Source: Spirochaetaceae bacterium (GTDB taxonomy: Bacteria > Spirochaetota > Spirochaetia > DSM-2461). From it: 64,000 nucleotides of DNA. A program made the translations under genes and the position numbers. Where the stretch lies: contig JAOPTT010000005.1 in NCBI GenBank assembly GCA_051531975.1, forward strand, positions 128,001 through 192,000. Direction: 5' to 3'. The notes beneath the pieces are model-generated. The model did no database searches and had not been told where the DNA came from. It saw only the letters and a program-made list of their open reading frames with translations. Shown here piece after piece: positions 19,604 through 30,030 of this stretch. Every line of letters starts with the position of its first letter. Position 1 is the stretch's first letter.

Positions 19604-21102
19604 TTACACAAACCCCTCAAACTTCCTGGAGTGCTCTTTCAAAGTTTATTGAAAAACAAACTGGATTGAGTTTCCCCAAAGATAAATGGAAAGAATTGGA
19701 GCGGCGAATAGTAGTGGCTGCTAAAGAACTTGAGTTTGATGAAGTGGAACCATGTATCGCATGGTTACTCTCTGGCGATGTCTCAAAAGAACAGTTGAAG
19801 GTGCTGATTAATTGCCTTACTATAGGTGAAACCTATTTTTTCCGGGATAAAAAAAGTTGGAATTTTTTCGAGCAACATATATTAAAAGAATATATTCAAG
19901 TTTATCAGAACAAAAACAGACGTTTGAGAATCTGGGTAGCTGGTTGTAGTACGGGAGAAGAAGCATATACTGTAGCTATTTTACTCCGTCGTATGATTGA
20001 AGACCTGACAAATTGGAATATTTCTATATTGGCAACAGATATTAATACCAGATCTCTACAAAAAGCAGTAACTGGCATTTATTCTGATTGGTCTTTCAGA
20101 GATACACCAAAATGGTTAAAAGAAAAGTTTTTTATTAAGAGGACCGATGGGAATTATGAAGTTATCCCATCAGTTAAAGAAATGGTCACCTTTTCATATC
20201 TGAATTTAGTGGATGATGTTTTTCCTGATCTCTCAACAAATACAAATGGAATGGATATAATATTTTGTCGAAATGTACTAATGTATTTCCCACCACAAAT
20301 ATCAAAAATAATTATAAAGAATTTTATACACTCTCTTGTAGAACATGGAGTTTTTTTCATTAGTGCTGCAGAAGTTCATATGGTAAGTTCCACAGCACTT
20401 TCAACAGTAACTTTTGATGGAGCAAGTTTTTTTAGAAAAGAGAACCGCCAACATACTAAAAAATATCATAAACCATCAGTTAAAAAATTAATTCTGGATA
20501 ACCCTGGGAAACAAGTTTTAGCTGTGAAAAGTTTTAAACCGGAAATTTCTGAAAGAAAAGTTACTATTAAAAAAACGAAGAAGAAGTTCAAATCTGTAAA
20601 AAGTGAATACGAGAGGGCAAAAAAACTATTTGAAGTTGGAAGTTTTATCCCATCAACTGACCTACTCATGGATTTATGTATAGAGGAGAAAGATCATCTC
20701 TCTTTGAATGGAGATATCTACTCTCTGCTTGCCAGGAATCTTGCCAATCTTGGGAAACTATACGAAGCACTAGAGTGGAGTGAAAAATCCCAAAAAGAGG
20801 ATAAAATAAATCCAGACTATTATTACATTGCAGCTCTTATCCATATGGAGCTGGGACAAAATATTGAAGCTATATCAGCTCTGAAAAAAACACTGTTTTT
20901 GGACTCTAATTACACTCTGGCTTATTACATTTTAGGAAATATTAGGCGTAACGAGGGAAGAATCGAGGATTCAAGAAAACAGTTTGACAATGCAATGAAA
21001 TTATTGTTAAAACAGCCCAAAGAAGAGAGAGTATCACAAATAGATGGGCTTACTGTGGGTAGGCTTATGAATATCATTTCTAGATTAATTGGTGAGGACT
21101 AA
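19600..21102 (+). CDS. cheR: CheR methyltransferase with C-terminal TPRs (WspC-like)
   Basis: LTIGETYFFRD, AGCSTGEE.Y, ATDIN and IFCRNVLMYF, followed by TPR-like helices. Confidence 0.93.
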   Translation: MITQTPQTSWSALSKFIEKQTGLSFPKDKWKELERRIVVAAKELEFDEVEPCIAWLLSGDVSKEQLKVLINCLTIGETYFFRDKKSWNFFEQHILKEYIQVYQNKNRRLRIWVAGCSTGEEAYTVAILLRRMIEDLTNWNISILATDINTRSLQKAVTGIYSDWSFRDTPKWLKEKFFIKRTDGNYEVIPSVKEMVTFSYLNLVDDVFPDLSTNTNGMDIIFCRNVLMYFPPQISKIIIKNFIHSLVEHGVFFISAAEVHMVSSTALSTVTFDGASFFRKENRQHTKKYHKPSVKKLILDNPGKQVLAVKSFKPEISERKVTIKKTKKKFKSVKSEYERAKKLFEVGSFIPSTDLLMDLCIEEKDHLSLNGDIYSLLARNLANLGKLYEALEWSEKSQKEDKINPDYYYIAALIHMELGQNIEAISALKKTLFLDSNYTLAYYILGNIRRNEGRIEDSRKQFDNAMKLLLKQPKEERVSQIDGLTVGRLMNIISRLIGED

Positions 21103-21708
21103 GTGATGAAAGAAAAAATTGTCTGGTCTGAGATTCACAGTAGAATTGATGAGACCCGTAAACTAATAGAGCAGGGATTCAAACCTACCGCTGAGGAAAA
21201 AAAGAGGATTCTTGCTGAAAGGGCTGAGGATTTGGCCAGTGATTTTAGAGTGGATCATAAGATTGAAGATACACTACAGGTTGTAGAATTTTTATTAGAA
21301 AAAGAGCACTACAGTTTTGAAATACAATATATTCGAGAAATCCTTCCTCTTAATGAGATATGTCTCGTACCTTGCACTCCCGATTTTATAGTTGGTATTA
21401 CAAGTATCAGAGGACAGATTATTTCAGTCATGGATATGAAATCTTTTTTTAACCTACCCCCAAAAGGAATAACAGATAGTAATAAGCTTATTATTCTTCA
21501 TCTAGGGGAGATGGAAGTGGGGATACTGGTGGATTGTATATTTGGTGAAAGATCTGTTCCAGTAGATATTATTCAATCCGATATCCCAACTCTATCTGGG
21601 ATAGGTGCTGAATATTTAAAAGGAGTGACTGCAGATGGGCTAATTATCATTGATGCAGAAAAAGTGCTTACAGATAAAAAAATAATTGTTAATGAAGAAG
21701 TGGAATAA
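21103..21708 (+). CDS. cheW: CheW-like adaptor with N-terminal extension (WspD-like)
   Basis: ILAERA..LA N-terminus and VP.TP.FIVG..SIRGQI. Confidence 0.9.
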   Translation: MMKEKIVWSEIHSRIDETRKLIEQGFKPTAEEKKRILAERAEDLASDFRVDHKIEDTLQVVEFLLEKEHYSFEIQYIREILPLNEICLVPCTPDFIVGITSIRGQIISVMDMKSFFNLPPKGITDSNKLIILHLGEMEVGILVDCIFGERSVPVDIIQSDIPTLSGIGAEYLKGVTADGLIIIDAEKVLTDKKIIVNEEVE

Positions 21709-21826
21709 TAATAAAAGCTGAGGAGTTCTAGCGTATAGAAGGAAGGTCAAATGGGTAAAAAAGAAGATTTTTTAAAAAAAAGCTTATCAAAAATATATCT
21801 GCCAATAATGGCAAGGAGGAATCCAT

Positions 21827-23554
21827 ATGAAGTTTAAAGTTGCTCAAAAAATTGCATCCGGTTATGTTCTTGCGCTGAGTATTTTTATTTTAATAGAGGT
21901 CTTAGCTTATCAGAATATATCCAGTCTTATAGAAAACAGTAATTGGGTAGGTCACACTCACGAAGTAATAGAAGAAATTGATCACACCTTAAGTCTTTTA
22001 CAGGATAGTGAAACCGGACAGAGAGGATACATAATAACAGGATTGGAACGTTATCTTGAACCTTTTTCTACTGGCACCACCCAGGTTTTTGCGAGTATAA
22101 AATTAATTCGTGAATTGACTTCCGATAATCCTGAACAACAGCGGAGACTGGATAAATTAGAGCCACTGGTAGTAAGTAAAATAGCCGAACTTCAGGAAAC
22201 AATTGACCTTCGGCGAGAACAAGGTTTTGAAGATGCGTTAAGTATTGTTATTTCTGATAAAGGTAAAATGATTATGGATGATATTAGGGTTGTTATTGAT
22301 GAATTAAACCAGGCAGAAGTTGATTTATTGGCCAAAAGAAATGATAAAGCGATAAAAGAGGCCAACAATACCCAATCTATAATTATATTAGCTACTATTG
22401 CCTCTACTATTCTTTTAAGTCTGATAGGTTTTATAATTATTAAAAACCTGTCAAAACCACTAAAAGAGATATCAGCAGTGGCTGATCGTATTGCTGTCGG
22501 AGATCTTTCGATGATAATAAAAACAGATAAAAGGCAGGATGAAGTTGGTGTTTTAATAAGGTCTTTCATAAAAATGTCCGAATCTTTGAAAAATATGGCA
22601 AGTTGGGCTAATCAGATTGCTGATGGTGTACTCTCATTTGATATAGAACCTCAATCCGAATCAGATGTTATGGGAAATGCGTTGGTATCCATGATTTCAA
22701 CTTTAAGAGAGCAAGTTGGAAATATCCAGGAGACATCTAACTCTTTAGCTTCTTCTTCAGGAGAAATTTCAACTACTGTTTCCCAGCTTGCTGCCAGTGT
22801 AGCTGAAACAGCAAGTTCTATAAGCCAGACAAGTATTACAGTTGAGGAATTGAAACAAACAGCAGAGCTTTCTTATCAAAAATCAGAGGAGATGTCTCTG
22901 AGTGCTCAACAAGCTTCAGAGGTATCACAAGTAGGGCTGACTCTGACCGATAAAACAGGTCTTGGAATGAACAATATCCGATCTCAGATGGACATAATTG
23001 TCGAGAGTATTACCAACCTAAGTGAACAGAGCCAAGCTATTGGAGCAATCATTACAACAGTAAATGATCTGTCTGAACAATCTAATCTGTTGGCTGTTAA
23101 CGCCGCTATCGAAGCAGGGAAAGCCGGTGAACAAGGTAAAGGTTTTGTTGTAGTAGCTGAAGAAATTCGAAGGTTAGCAATGCAATCTAAAGATGCTACA
23201 ACTCAGGTACAAGGTATATTGCAGGATATTCAGAAAGGGGTCAGCACTGCTGTAATGACTGTAGAGCAGGGAACGAAAGCTGCAGATGCTGGAGTTATAC
23301 AATCAACAGAGACTGCTGAATCTATACGTCGGTTGACAGATAGCCTAGGTTCTTCATCTGAGGCCATGACACAAATTGCCGCATCTAGCCAGCAGCAGCT
23401 TGTAGGAGTGGATCAGGTTAGGGAGACTATAGATAATATTCGAGTAGCTAGTGAACAGAACTCTCAAGGAGCCGGTCAACTAGAACTGGCAGCAATGAAC
23501 CTAAGTGATCTTGGTGGAAAACTGAAAGAACTGGTGAGTCGTTACACAATATAG
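21827..23554 (+). CDS. Methyl-accepting chemotaxis protein with CHASE3 sensor and HAMP
   Basis: TM, WV.HT..V...ETGQRGY (CHASE3), TM, HAMP, and signalling tip [30 protein letters not shown]. Confidence 0.95.
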   Translation: MKFKVAQKIASGYVLALSIFILIEVLAYQNISSLIENSNWVGHTHEVIEEIDHTLSLLQDSETGQRGYIITGLERYLEPFSTGTTQVFASIKLIRELTSDNPEQQRRLDKLEPLVVSKIAELQETIDLRREQGFEDALSIVISDKGKMIMDDIRVVIDELNQAEVDLLAKRNDKAIKEANNTQSIIILATIASTILLSLIGFIIIKNLSKPLKEISAVADRIAVGDLSMIIKTDKRQDEVGVLIRSFIKMSESLKNMASWANQIADGVLSFDIEPQSESDVMGNALVSMISTLREQVGNIQETSNSLASSSGEISTTVSQLAASVAETASSISQTSITVEELKQTAELSYQKSEEMSLSAQQASEVSQVGLTLTDKTGLGMNNIRSQMDIIVESITNLSEQSQAIGAIITTVNDLSEQSNLLAVNAAIEAGKAGEQGKGFVVVAEEIRRLAMQSKDATTQVQGILQDIQKGVSTAVMTVEQGTKAADAGVIQSTETAESIRRLTDSLGSSSEAMTQIAASSQQQLVGVDQVRETIDNIRVASEQNSQGAGQLELAAMNLSDLGGKLKELVSRYTI

Positions 23555-23566
23555 TGAGAAGGAAAA

Positions 23567-25759
23567 ATGGGAAAAGAAGAAGAATTACAGCGGAGACTTC
23601 ATGGGGTATTTATCCTAGAAACAGAAGAACGACTTCAGGGTCTAACTACAGGATTCTTGGAACTTGAAAAAGGTCTTTCGGATGGAAAAACAGCTGAAAT
23701 TTTTGAAACAATTTATCGGGATGCTCATAGCCTTAAAGGTGCTTCCCGTTCTGTAGGTCGGGGAGATATGGAAACAATCTTTCAGTCTATGGAAAGTCTT
23801 CTTGCTATATGGAAGAAAAAAAATTATGTTCCCAGTGCTGATGTATTTGATGAATTGCATAAGATTATAGAAGGTGTTAGAAGATTTCTCGATAATAAGC
23901 AGTATGAAAATAAGGCACTTGTCACAGAATATGTAAAAATACTTGATAGTATGGAAAAAAGTGGTGAAGGCCCAGATTGGATCCCGGAATTAAAGCCTGA
24001 AATTCAAGTAGAAGAAACTGGCATTATTGATAAAAATATAATTGTGGATACAGTAAGAATCAGTATGTCAAAATTAGACTCTATCCTACGTCAGTCTGAA
24101 GAATTACTTTTAGTTAAGCTGGTTACTGCACAGCGGGCTGGAGAAATACTAATCCTTAAGAATATGATTGATAAGCTGCAACACAGATGGAATATAACTT
24201 TAGAATCAATGATATCCCAACCGACATCTCTTGGGGATTTTATCAATTGGCAGCAGAACCAATTTCAGCAGATTGATATTACTCTAACAGAATTACAACG
24301 TAAAACAGAAGGGGATTCTCAGTCACTTGGCCGAAGAGTGGACAATCTTCTGGAGGATTCCAGAAAGATGCTACTTTTTCCTGTATCATCAATTCTTCAA
24401 ACTTTACCAAAAATGGTCAGGGATTTATGTCGGGAAAATAATAAAGAAGTGGATCTTAATATTCAAGGCGGAGAGTTTGAAGTGGATAAACGTATTCTCG
24501 AAGAGATGAAAGATCCTATTATTCATATTATCAGAAATAGTCTTGATCATGGAATCGAGAAAACTGAAGTGAGGGAAAAAAATAAAAAGGTTCCTAAGGG
24601 GACAATATCTATAATTATTTCTCCTAAAGAGAGTGATAAGGTGGAGATCTCCATAAAAGATGATGGTAGGGGGATTGATCTAGAGAGAGTCAAAGAATCT
24701 GCAGTACAAAAAGGATTTATATCCAGGACTGAATCTGAAAAATATAATGAAGTTGAAGCTCTTCAGCTCATTTTTCTTTCCGAAGTCTCCACTAGTCCTC
24801 TAATTACAAAGATTTCCGGGCGGGGTCTTGGTATGGCTATTGTACGGGAGAAAGTTGAGGATATGGGGGGGGCTATATCCATAGAAACAAAACAAGCAGA
24901 AGGAACAACTTTTCATTTGATTTTACCTCTGACTATATCAACTTTTAGAGGAGTCCTAATTCAGGTGGTGGATCAGCTTTTTGTTATCCCTGCAATGAAT
25001 GTTGAACGTGTTGGTAGGATAAATATTGAAGATATAAAGACTATAGAAAATAAAGAAACCATTAATCATCAAGGACGTACAATATTGCTAGTTGAGCTGT
25101 CAGATGTACTCGGTATTCATAGAAGTAGTGAGACTTCCAAGTCTATTCCCTATATTATAATTAGATCTGGAGACAAAATTATAGCTTTCAGTGTTCAGGC
25201 AATTCTCAATGAAGAAGAAGTCCTTGTAAAAAGTTTAGGGAAACAGCTACCTAGGGTTCGGAATATAGGTGGAGCCACTGTTTTAGGATCCGGTATGGTA
25301 GTTCCTGTTCTTAATGTTTCCGATCTGCTTAAATCCGCTTCTAAAACTAAACTTGTTTTGATAAGTAGAGAAAATTCTGATGAGAAACAAAAGAAGAAAA
25401 ATAGTATTCTTGTTGTAGAAGATTCCATTACATCACGTATCTTACTAAAAAATATTCTTGAATCAGGGGGATACCTGGTTAAAACAGCTGTTGATGGTAT
25501 AGACGCTTTTACTCAGTTAAAAACTGAAGTATTTCAATTGGTCGTTTCAGATATTCAAATGCCCCGGATGAATGGTTTTGAGCTTACAAAAAAAATCCGT
25601 AATGAAAAGACATTCTCAGAGCTTCCTGTAGTACTTGTAACGTCCCTAGAATCCCGTGAGGATCAGGAAAAAGGTATTGAGGTTGGAGCTGACGCATATA
25701 TTCTAAAAGCAAGTTTTGATCAGAGTAATCTCTTGGAAGTAATTGGGAGGTTCTTATGA
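23567..25759 (+). CDS. cheA: Hybrid CheA (Hpt-dimerisation-HATPase-CheW-REC), WspE-like
   Basis: HSLKG, HIIRNSLDHGIE, DDGRG, SGRGLG and a C-terminal REC (VEDS, SDIQMP). Confidence 0.95.
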   Translation: MGKEEELQRRLHGVFILETEERLQGLTTGFLELEKGLSDGKTAEIFETIYRDAHSLKGASRSVGRGDMETIFQSMESLLAIWKKKNYVPSADVFDELHKIIEGVRRFLDNKQYENKALVTEYVKILDSMEKSGEGPDWIPELKPEIQVEETGIIDKNIIVDTVRISMSKLDSILRQSEELLLVKLVTAQRAGEILILKNMIDKLQHRWNITLESMISQPTSLGDFINWQQNQFQQIDITLTELQRKTEGDSQSLGRRVDNLLEDSRKMLLFPVSSILQTLPKMVRDLCRENNKEVDLNIQGGEFEVDKRILEEMKDPIIHIIRNSLDHGIEKTEVREKNKKVPKGTISIIISPKESDKVEISIKDDGRGIDLERVKESAVQKGFISRTESEKYNEVEALQLIFLSEVSTSPLITKISGRGLGMAIVREKVEDMGGAISIETKQAEGTTFHLILPLTISTFRGVLIQVVDQLFVIPAMNVERVGRINIEDIKTIENKETINHQGRTILLVELSDVLGIHRSSETSKSIPYIIIRSGDKIIAFSVQAILNEEEVLVKSLGKQLPRVRNIGGATVLGSGMVVPVLNVSDLLKSASKTKLVLISRENSDEKQKKKNSILVVEDSITSRILLKNILESGGYLVKTAVDGIDAFTQLKTEVFQLVVSDIQMPRMNGFELTKKIRNEKTFSELPVVLVTSLESREDQEKGIEVGADAYILKASFDQSNLLEVIGRFL

Positions 25760-26817
25760 TTAAAGTTCTTATTGTTGAGGATTCTATTACATCCCGTGAA
25801 CTTCTACATTTTATACTTGATTCTGATCCTGATATTAAAGTTGTCGGCACTGCATCTAATGGACAAGAGGCTTGTGATTTTGTCAGAAGTTTTAAACCTG
25901 ATGTTATTACTATGGATATTAATATGCCCCTTATGGATGGATTTGAGGCAACACGTAGAATTATGGCAACAGTTCCCGTGGCAATCATAATTATTAGTGC
26001 ACATTTAAATACAAAAGATGTATCCTCCAGTTTTAAGGCTATTGATGCAGGTGCTGTTGCGATACTAGATAAACCCGTCGCTTTAAACCATCCAGATTTC
26101 GATAAATCAACCAAGGTTATAATACAAAAAGTTAAAACCATGTCTGAAGTAAAATTAGTTAGGCGCTGGTATAAAAGTTCTAGAATTTCAGCTTTTCAGA
26201 AAGACAAAGAAGTTAAGAAACATATAAGTCCTGCATCTACTGCTACTAAAATCATAGCAATTGGTGGATCTACAGGAGCTCCAGCTGTATTAAAAACGAT
26301 ATTATCTAGGCTGCCCTCTAATTTCCCTGTACCTCTGGTTCTGGTTCAACATATAACTCCAGGATTTGTAGATGGAATGATAAATTGGCTGAACCAGGAG
26401 ACAAATATTACCATATCAATACCGGTAAATGGTGAGAAATTACTTCCAGGACATGCTTATATCGCTCCTGATGCATTACAGATGGGAGTGAATCGACAAG
26501 AATCCAGCATAGTACTCAAAAATGATCCATTAGAACACAGAATACGGCCTTCTGTTTCTTATATGTTTCGTTCTGTTGCGTCCCAATATGGTCCGAATGT
26601 TATAGGTGTTCTTCTAACCGGTATGGGAGCCGATGGCTCACTGGAGCTTAAGTCCCTAAAAGATAATGGAGCGATTACAATTGCACAGAATAAAGAGAGT
26701 TCGATCGTATTTGGAATGCCTGGAGAAGCAGTAGCTTTAGGTGGTGCTACACATATATTAAATCCGGAGGAGATAGCTTCCATATTAATAAAACTAGTGG
26801 GTAATGGAGAGGAATAA
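25756..26817 (+). CDS. cheB: CheB methylesterase (REC plus esterase), WspF-like
   Basis: REC domain plus GGSTG, VQH and LTGMGADG, giving the Ser-His-Asp triad. Confidence 0.95.
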   Translation: MIKVLIVEDSITSRELLHFILDSDPDIKVVGTASNGQEACDFVRSFKPDVITMDINMPLMDGFEATRRIMATVPVAIIIISAHLNTKDVSSSFKAIDAGAVAILDKPVALNHPDFDKSTKVIIQKVKTMSEVKLVRRWYKSSRISAFQKDKEVKKHISPASTATKIIAIGGSTGAPAVLKTILSRLPSNFPVPLVLVQHITPGFVDGMINWLNQETNITISIPVNGEKLLPGHAYIAPDALQMGVNRQESSIVLKNDPLEHRIRPSVSYMFRSVASQYGPNVIGVLLTGMGADGSLELKSLKDNGAITIAQNKESSIVFGMPGEAVALGGATHILNPEEIASILIKLVGNGEE

Positions 26818-27903
26818 ATGATTATGGAGTTTAAAAATATAAATATATTAATCGTCGAGGACAGTCTAACTCAGTCTGTACAACTTCAATTCATGCTCGA
26901 AGGTAGGGGATATCAGGTTTCCTCAGCCCAAAATGGACAGGAAGGGTTTGAACAAGCACAACATCGGAAACCTTCCATAATAATCAGTGATATTACTATG
27001 CCGGTAATGGACGGCTGGGAATTGTGCCAAAAAATCAAATCGACTGATAATCTAAAAGATATCCCGGTTATACTTTTAACTGATTTGTCTCATCCTAATG
27101 ATATTATTAAAGGATTAAAAAGTGGAGCAGATAGTTTTCTTATTAAACCCCCTCAGGTAGACACACTTTTTTCACGGATTGATTTTATTCTTGCTAATCA
27201 GGAGTTAAGAGGAGGACAAATGGGAACCATGAGTCTGGATCTATATTTCTCTGGAGATATATATCATATCACTCCAGAACGAATTCAGATTGTCAATCTT
27301 CTATTTACTACTTTTGAGAATACTATTAAAGAGAATATATATCTTCAGAAAGCAAAACAAGATTTACACACAGTACAGAATACGCTTATTCAGCTAAAAG
27401 AAGAGCTAAAAGCACTTGCACTCCAGGACGAACTCACAAGTCTTAACAATTTACGAGGATTCAAGTCCCTGTCAGAGCATCAATTAAAAATGTGCAGATA
27501 TAAAAAGGAAAATATTATGCTCTTTTCCCTTGATGTTGATAAACTGAAGCAGATTAATGATTCCTTTGGACACTCTATGGGAAACTCTGCCCTAAAAGAC
27601 TCAGTGACTATTTTACACAAAACTTTCAGAAATACAGATATTTTTGCTCGAATTGAAGATTCTAAATTTGTAGTTCTGTCCATCGCCGAACCTACTGAGA
27701 CTGTTGATATATATATAAACCGTATAAAAGAAAATATTAAAGAATTCAATTCTATGGAGAAACGTCAGTATACGCTCTCAATCAGTGTTGGCACAGTTTT
27801 TTGTAGTTATGACAAATTTCTTTCTATAGAAGAACTTATAGAACTGGCTGACCAAGAATTATTGAGAGACAAACAGGGGACTAGAAATGGACAAGAGGTA
27901 TAA
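26818..27903 (+). CDS. REC plus degenerate GGDEF protein (WspR position)
   Basis: REC, then DELTSLNN.R and D.D.LKQINDSFGH..G. The A-site reads EDSKF instead of GGDEF, and the I-site RNTD is present. Confidence 0.88.
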   Translation: MIMEFKNINILIVEDSLTQSVQLQFMLEGRGYQVSSAQNGQEGFEQAQHRKPSIIISDITMPVMDGWELCQKIKSTDNLKDIPVILLTDLSHPNDIIKGLKSGADSFLIKPPQVDTLFSRIDFILANQELRGGQMGTMSLDLYFSGDIYHITPERIQIVNLLFTTFENTIKENIYLQKAKQDLHTVQNTLIQLKEELKALALQDELTSLNNLRGFKSLSEHQLKMCRYKKENIMLFSLDVDKLKQINDSFGHSMGNSALKDSVTILHKTFRNTDIFARIEDSKFVVLSIAEPTETVDIYINRIKENIKEFNSMEKRQYTLSISVGTVFCSYDKFLSIEELIELADQELLRDKQGTRNGQEV

Positions 27904-29617
27904 AGTTCTAGTTGTCGAAGACAGCCCTACCCAAGCGGAGGAACTAGGTTCAATTCTTGAACAGAGGAATTGTGTGGTTACATTGGCTTATAATGGGAAG
28001 GACGCTCTTAATTTGTTACAGGAAAATCCCCTAGATCTGATTATCAGCGATATCGTTATGCCCAGGATGAGTGGATTTAATCTATGCCGGGAAATAAGAA
28101 GTGACTTTAATCTAATGAATATACCTATAATTCTTCTTACATCGTTAATAGACCCTGTAGATGTTTTACAGATACTAGAATGTGGAGCCACTAACTTTTT
28201 AATAAAACCCTTCGATGATGTACTGCTATTCTCCTGTATTGAGCAAACCTTTGGAAATAGTGAAATTGATTGTGGAGAGGTTCCTAAGCAGAGGAAGAAA
28301 GTTATATTTAGGGGAGTAGAACATAAAATCTCTACAGAACCACAATATGTTATCGAATTCCTTATTTCAGCTTATGAAGATATGAGCCATAAAAAACTTG
28401 GACTGGAAAAAGCTAATGATAGATTGATGCAGGTTCTAGAGGAGAGGGAACTCCAAGAATTAGAATTGATTACTGCCAAAGAGGCTGCTGAATCAGTCAG
28501 TCTTGCAAAATCAGAATTCCTTGCCGGGATGAGCCACGAACTACGTACTCCTTTAAATGCAGTCATAGGATTCTCGGAGATGTTAAAGAAAAAATACTTT
28601 GGGGAGCTTAATGAAAAACAAGAGCAATATGTTCAGGATATTAAAGAGAGTGGTGAGCATCTTTTAAGTCTCATTAACGATACTTTGGATCTTTCTAAAA
28701 TAGAAGCTGGGAGAATGGATCTTTCATTGAAAGAGGTTCAGGTTCAGAAGCTTTTAAAAAACTCTTTGGTTATGATTAAAACTCTTAGTATTCAGAAGAA
28801 TATAGATTTGAAACTAAAAATTGCTGATGAGATAGAGACACTGAAATTCACCGTCGATGAACGTATGCTGAAGCAGGTTCTATATAATCTGCTTTCCAAT
28901 GCTTTGAAATTTACTCCTAATGGCGAGGAAATAATCTTACAGGCAGGTTTAAAAAAACAGGAAGTGATTATTACTATTATAGATTCTGGAATCGGAATCA
29001 GCCATGATGATCAGAGAAAAATATTTGATGATTTTTACCAGGTGGAAGGCAGTATGTTGGACAAAATTCCAGGTTCAGGGCTTGGGCTTAGCCTAGTCAG
29101 AAGTATGGTGGAGATGCATGGTGGTAGAATCAAGGTTGAAAGTGAGGGGTTGGGGAAAGGAAGTTCATTCAGTTTTTCAATACCTCTACATTTTTTTCCT
29201 GAAGAAAGTTTTGAGTTGAAAAAAGAAAAGGGCTTTCCAGTTTTACAGAAAAATGATGACCAGTTTGTAAGAAACCGTATTGATATAATTATAAGTTTTG
29301 CACAAAGGTATAAAAAAATATTTTCAATAGGATTTTTTCACATTGAAGGAAAATCTTTTGATCAGTCAATTGATGTTGCTTTAAACATATTGGTAAAGGC
29401 AAAACGGATTTATGACATTGTTGAGGCTGATATAGATGGATTCATCTATTTATTGATGCCTGAAACAGATAACACAGGTGCCAGGATTGCTTGTAACAGG
29501 GTTATAGACCTGATTAAAACTCAAACCGGTGAAAAGGATGCTGGATTCAATCTTGTGGAATATCCTGTAGATGGTGATACAGCTTTTACACTAATTGAAA
29601 AAGTTAGAAGATATTAA
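27887..29617 (+). CDS. Hybrid histidine kinase REC-HisKA-HATPase with degenerate GGDEF-like tail
   Basis: [22 protein letters not shown] and GSGLGL. Tail contains RIYD...LLMPET...YP.DG. Confidence 0.88.
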   Translation: MDKRYKVLVVEDSPTQAEELGSILEQRNCVVTLAYNGKDALNLLQENPLDLIISDIVMPRMSGFNLCREIRSDFNLMNIPIILLTSLIDPVDVLQILECGATNFLIKPFDDVLLFSCIEQTFGNSEIDCGEVPKQRKKVIFRGVEHKISTEPQYVIEFLISAYEDMSHKKLGLEKANDRLMQVLEERELQELELITAKEAAESVSLAKSEFLAGMSHELRTPLNAVIGFSEMLKKKYFGELNEKQEQYVQDIKESGEHLLSLINDTLDLSKIEAGRMDLSLKEVQVQKLLKNSLVMIKTLSIQKNIDLKLKIADEIETLKFTVDERMLKQVLYNLLSNALKFTPNGEEIILQAGLKKQEVIITIIDSGIGISHDDQRKIFDDFYQVEGSMLDKIPGSGLGLSLVRSMVEMHGGRIKVESEGLGKGSSFSFSIPLHFFPEESFELKKEKGFPVLQKNDDQFVRNRIDIIISFAQRYKKIFSIGFFHIEGKSFDQSIDVALNILVKAKRIYDIVEADIDGFIYLLMPETDNTGARIACNRVIDLIKTQTGEKDAGFNLVEYPVDGDTAFTLIEKVRRY

Positions 29618-29629
29618 GGGGATAGTTAA

Positions 29630-30019
29630 ATGATTACAAATCCAGAATTTCAGAAAAAAATATTAGCCTCATTTCAATTAGAAGTAGAAGTTGTACTAAA
29701 GCAGTTGAAATCCGGTTTATCTACAATAGAGAGTTCCATACCAAATCATAATAAATCTGAATTATTAATAATTCTTCACCGTAATTGTCATAGTTTAAAA
29801 GGTGCTGCACAATCTGTAGGTTTTTATCAGATCCAGATATTAAGTCAGGCGCTTGAGGATTTGTTCTCCCGATTGAAAGAGGATAAAATCTGTTTAGTAA
29901 AAGAAAATTTCAAAAGTATATATCGGGCTCTAGATATCATTGAGGCTTTATCATATTCAAAAGATGAATTAGTGATAGAAGGACTTACTGATCTTATTGG
30001 AGTAATAAATAAATTTTAG
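29630..30019 (+). CDS. Stand-alone Hpt domain protein (CheA P1-like)
   Basis: [15 protein letters not shown], similar to the CheA P1 sequence YRDAHSLKGASRSVG. Confidence 0.85.
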   Translation: MITNPEFQKKILASFQLEVEVVLKQLKSGLSTIESSIPNHNKSELLIILHRNCHSLKGAAQSVGFYQIQILSQALEDLFSRLKEDKICLVKENFKSIYRALDIIEALSYSKDELVIEGLTDLIGVINKF

Positions 30020-30030
30020 GAGGAGTAACT

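Noticed and set aside
25584..26141. 185-aa minus-strand ORF
   Set aside because: Lies entirely antisense to cheA/cheB and has no domain signature.
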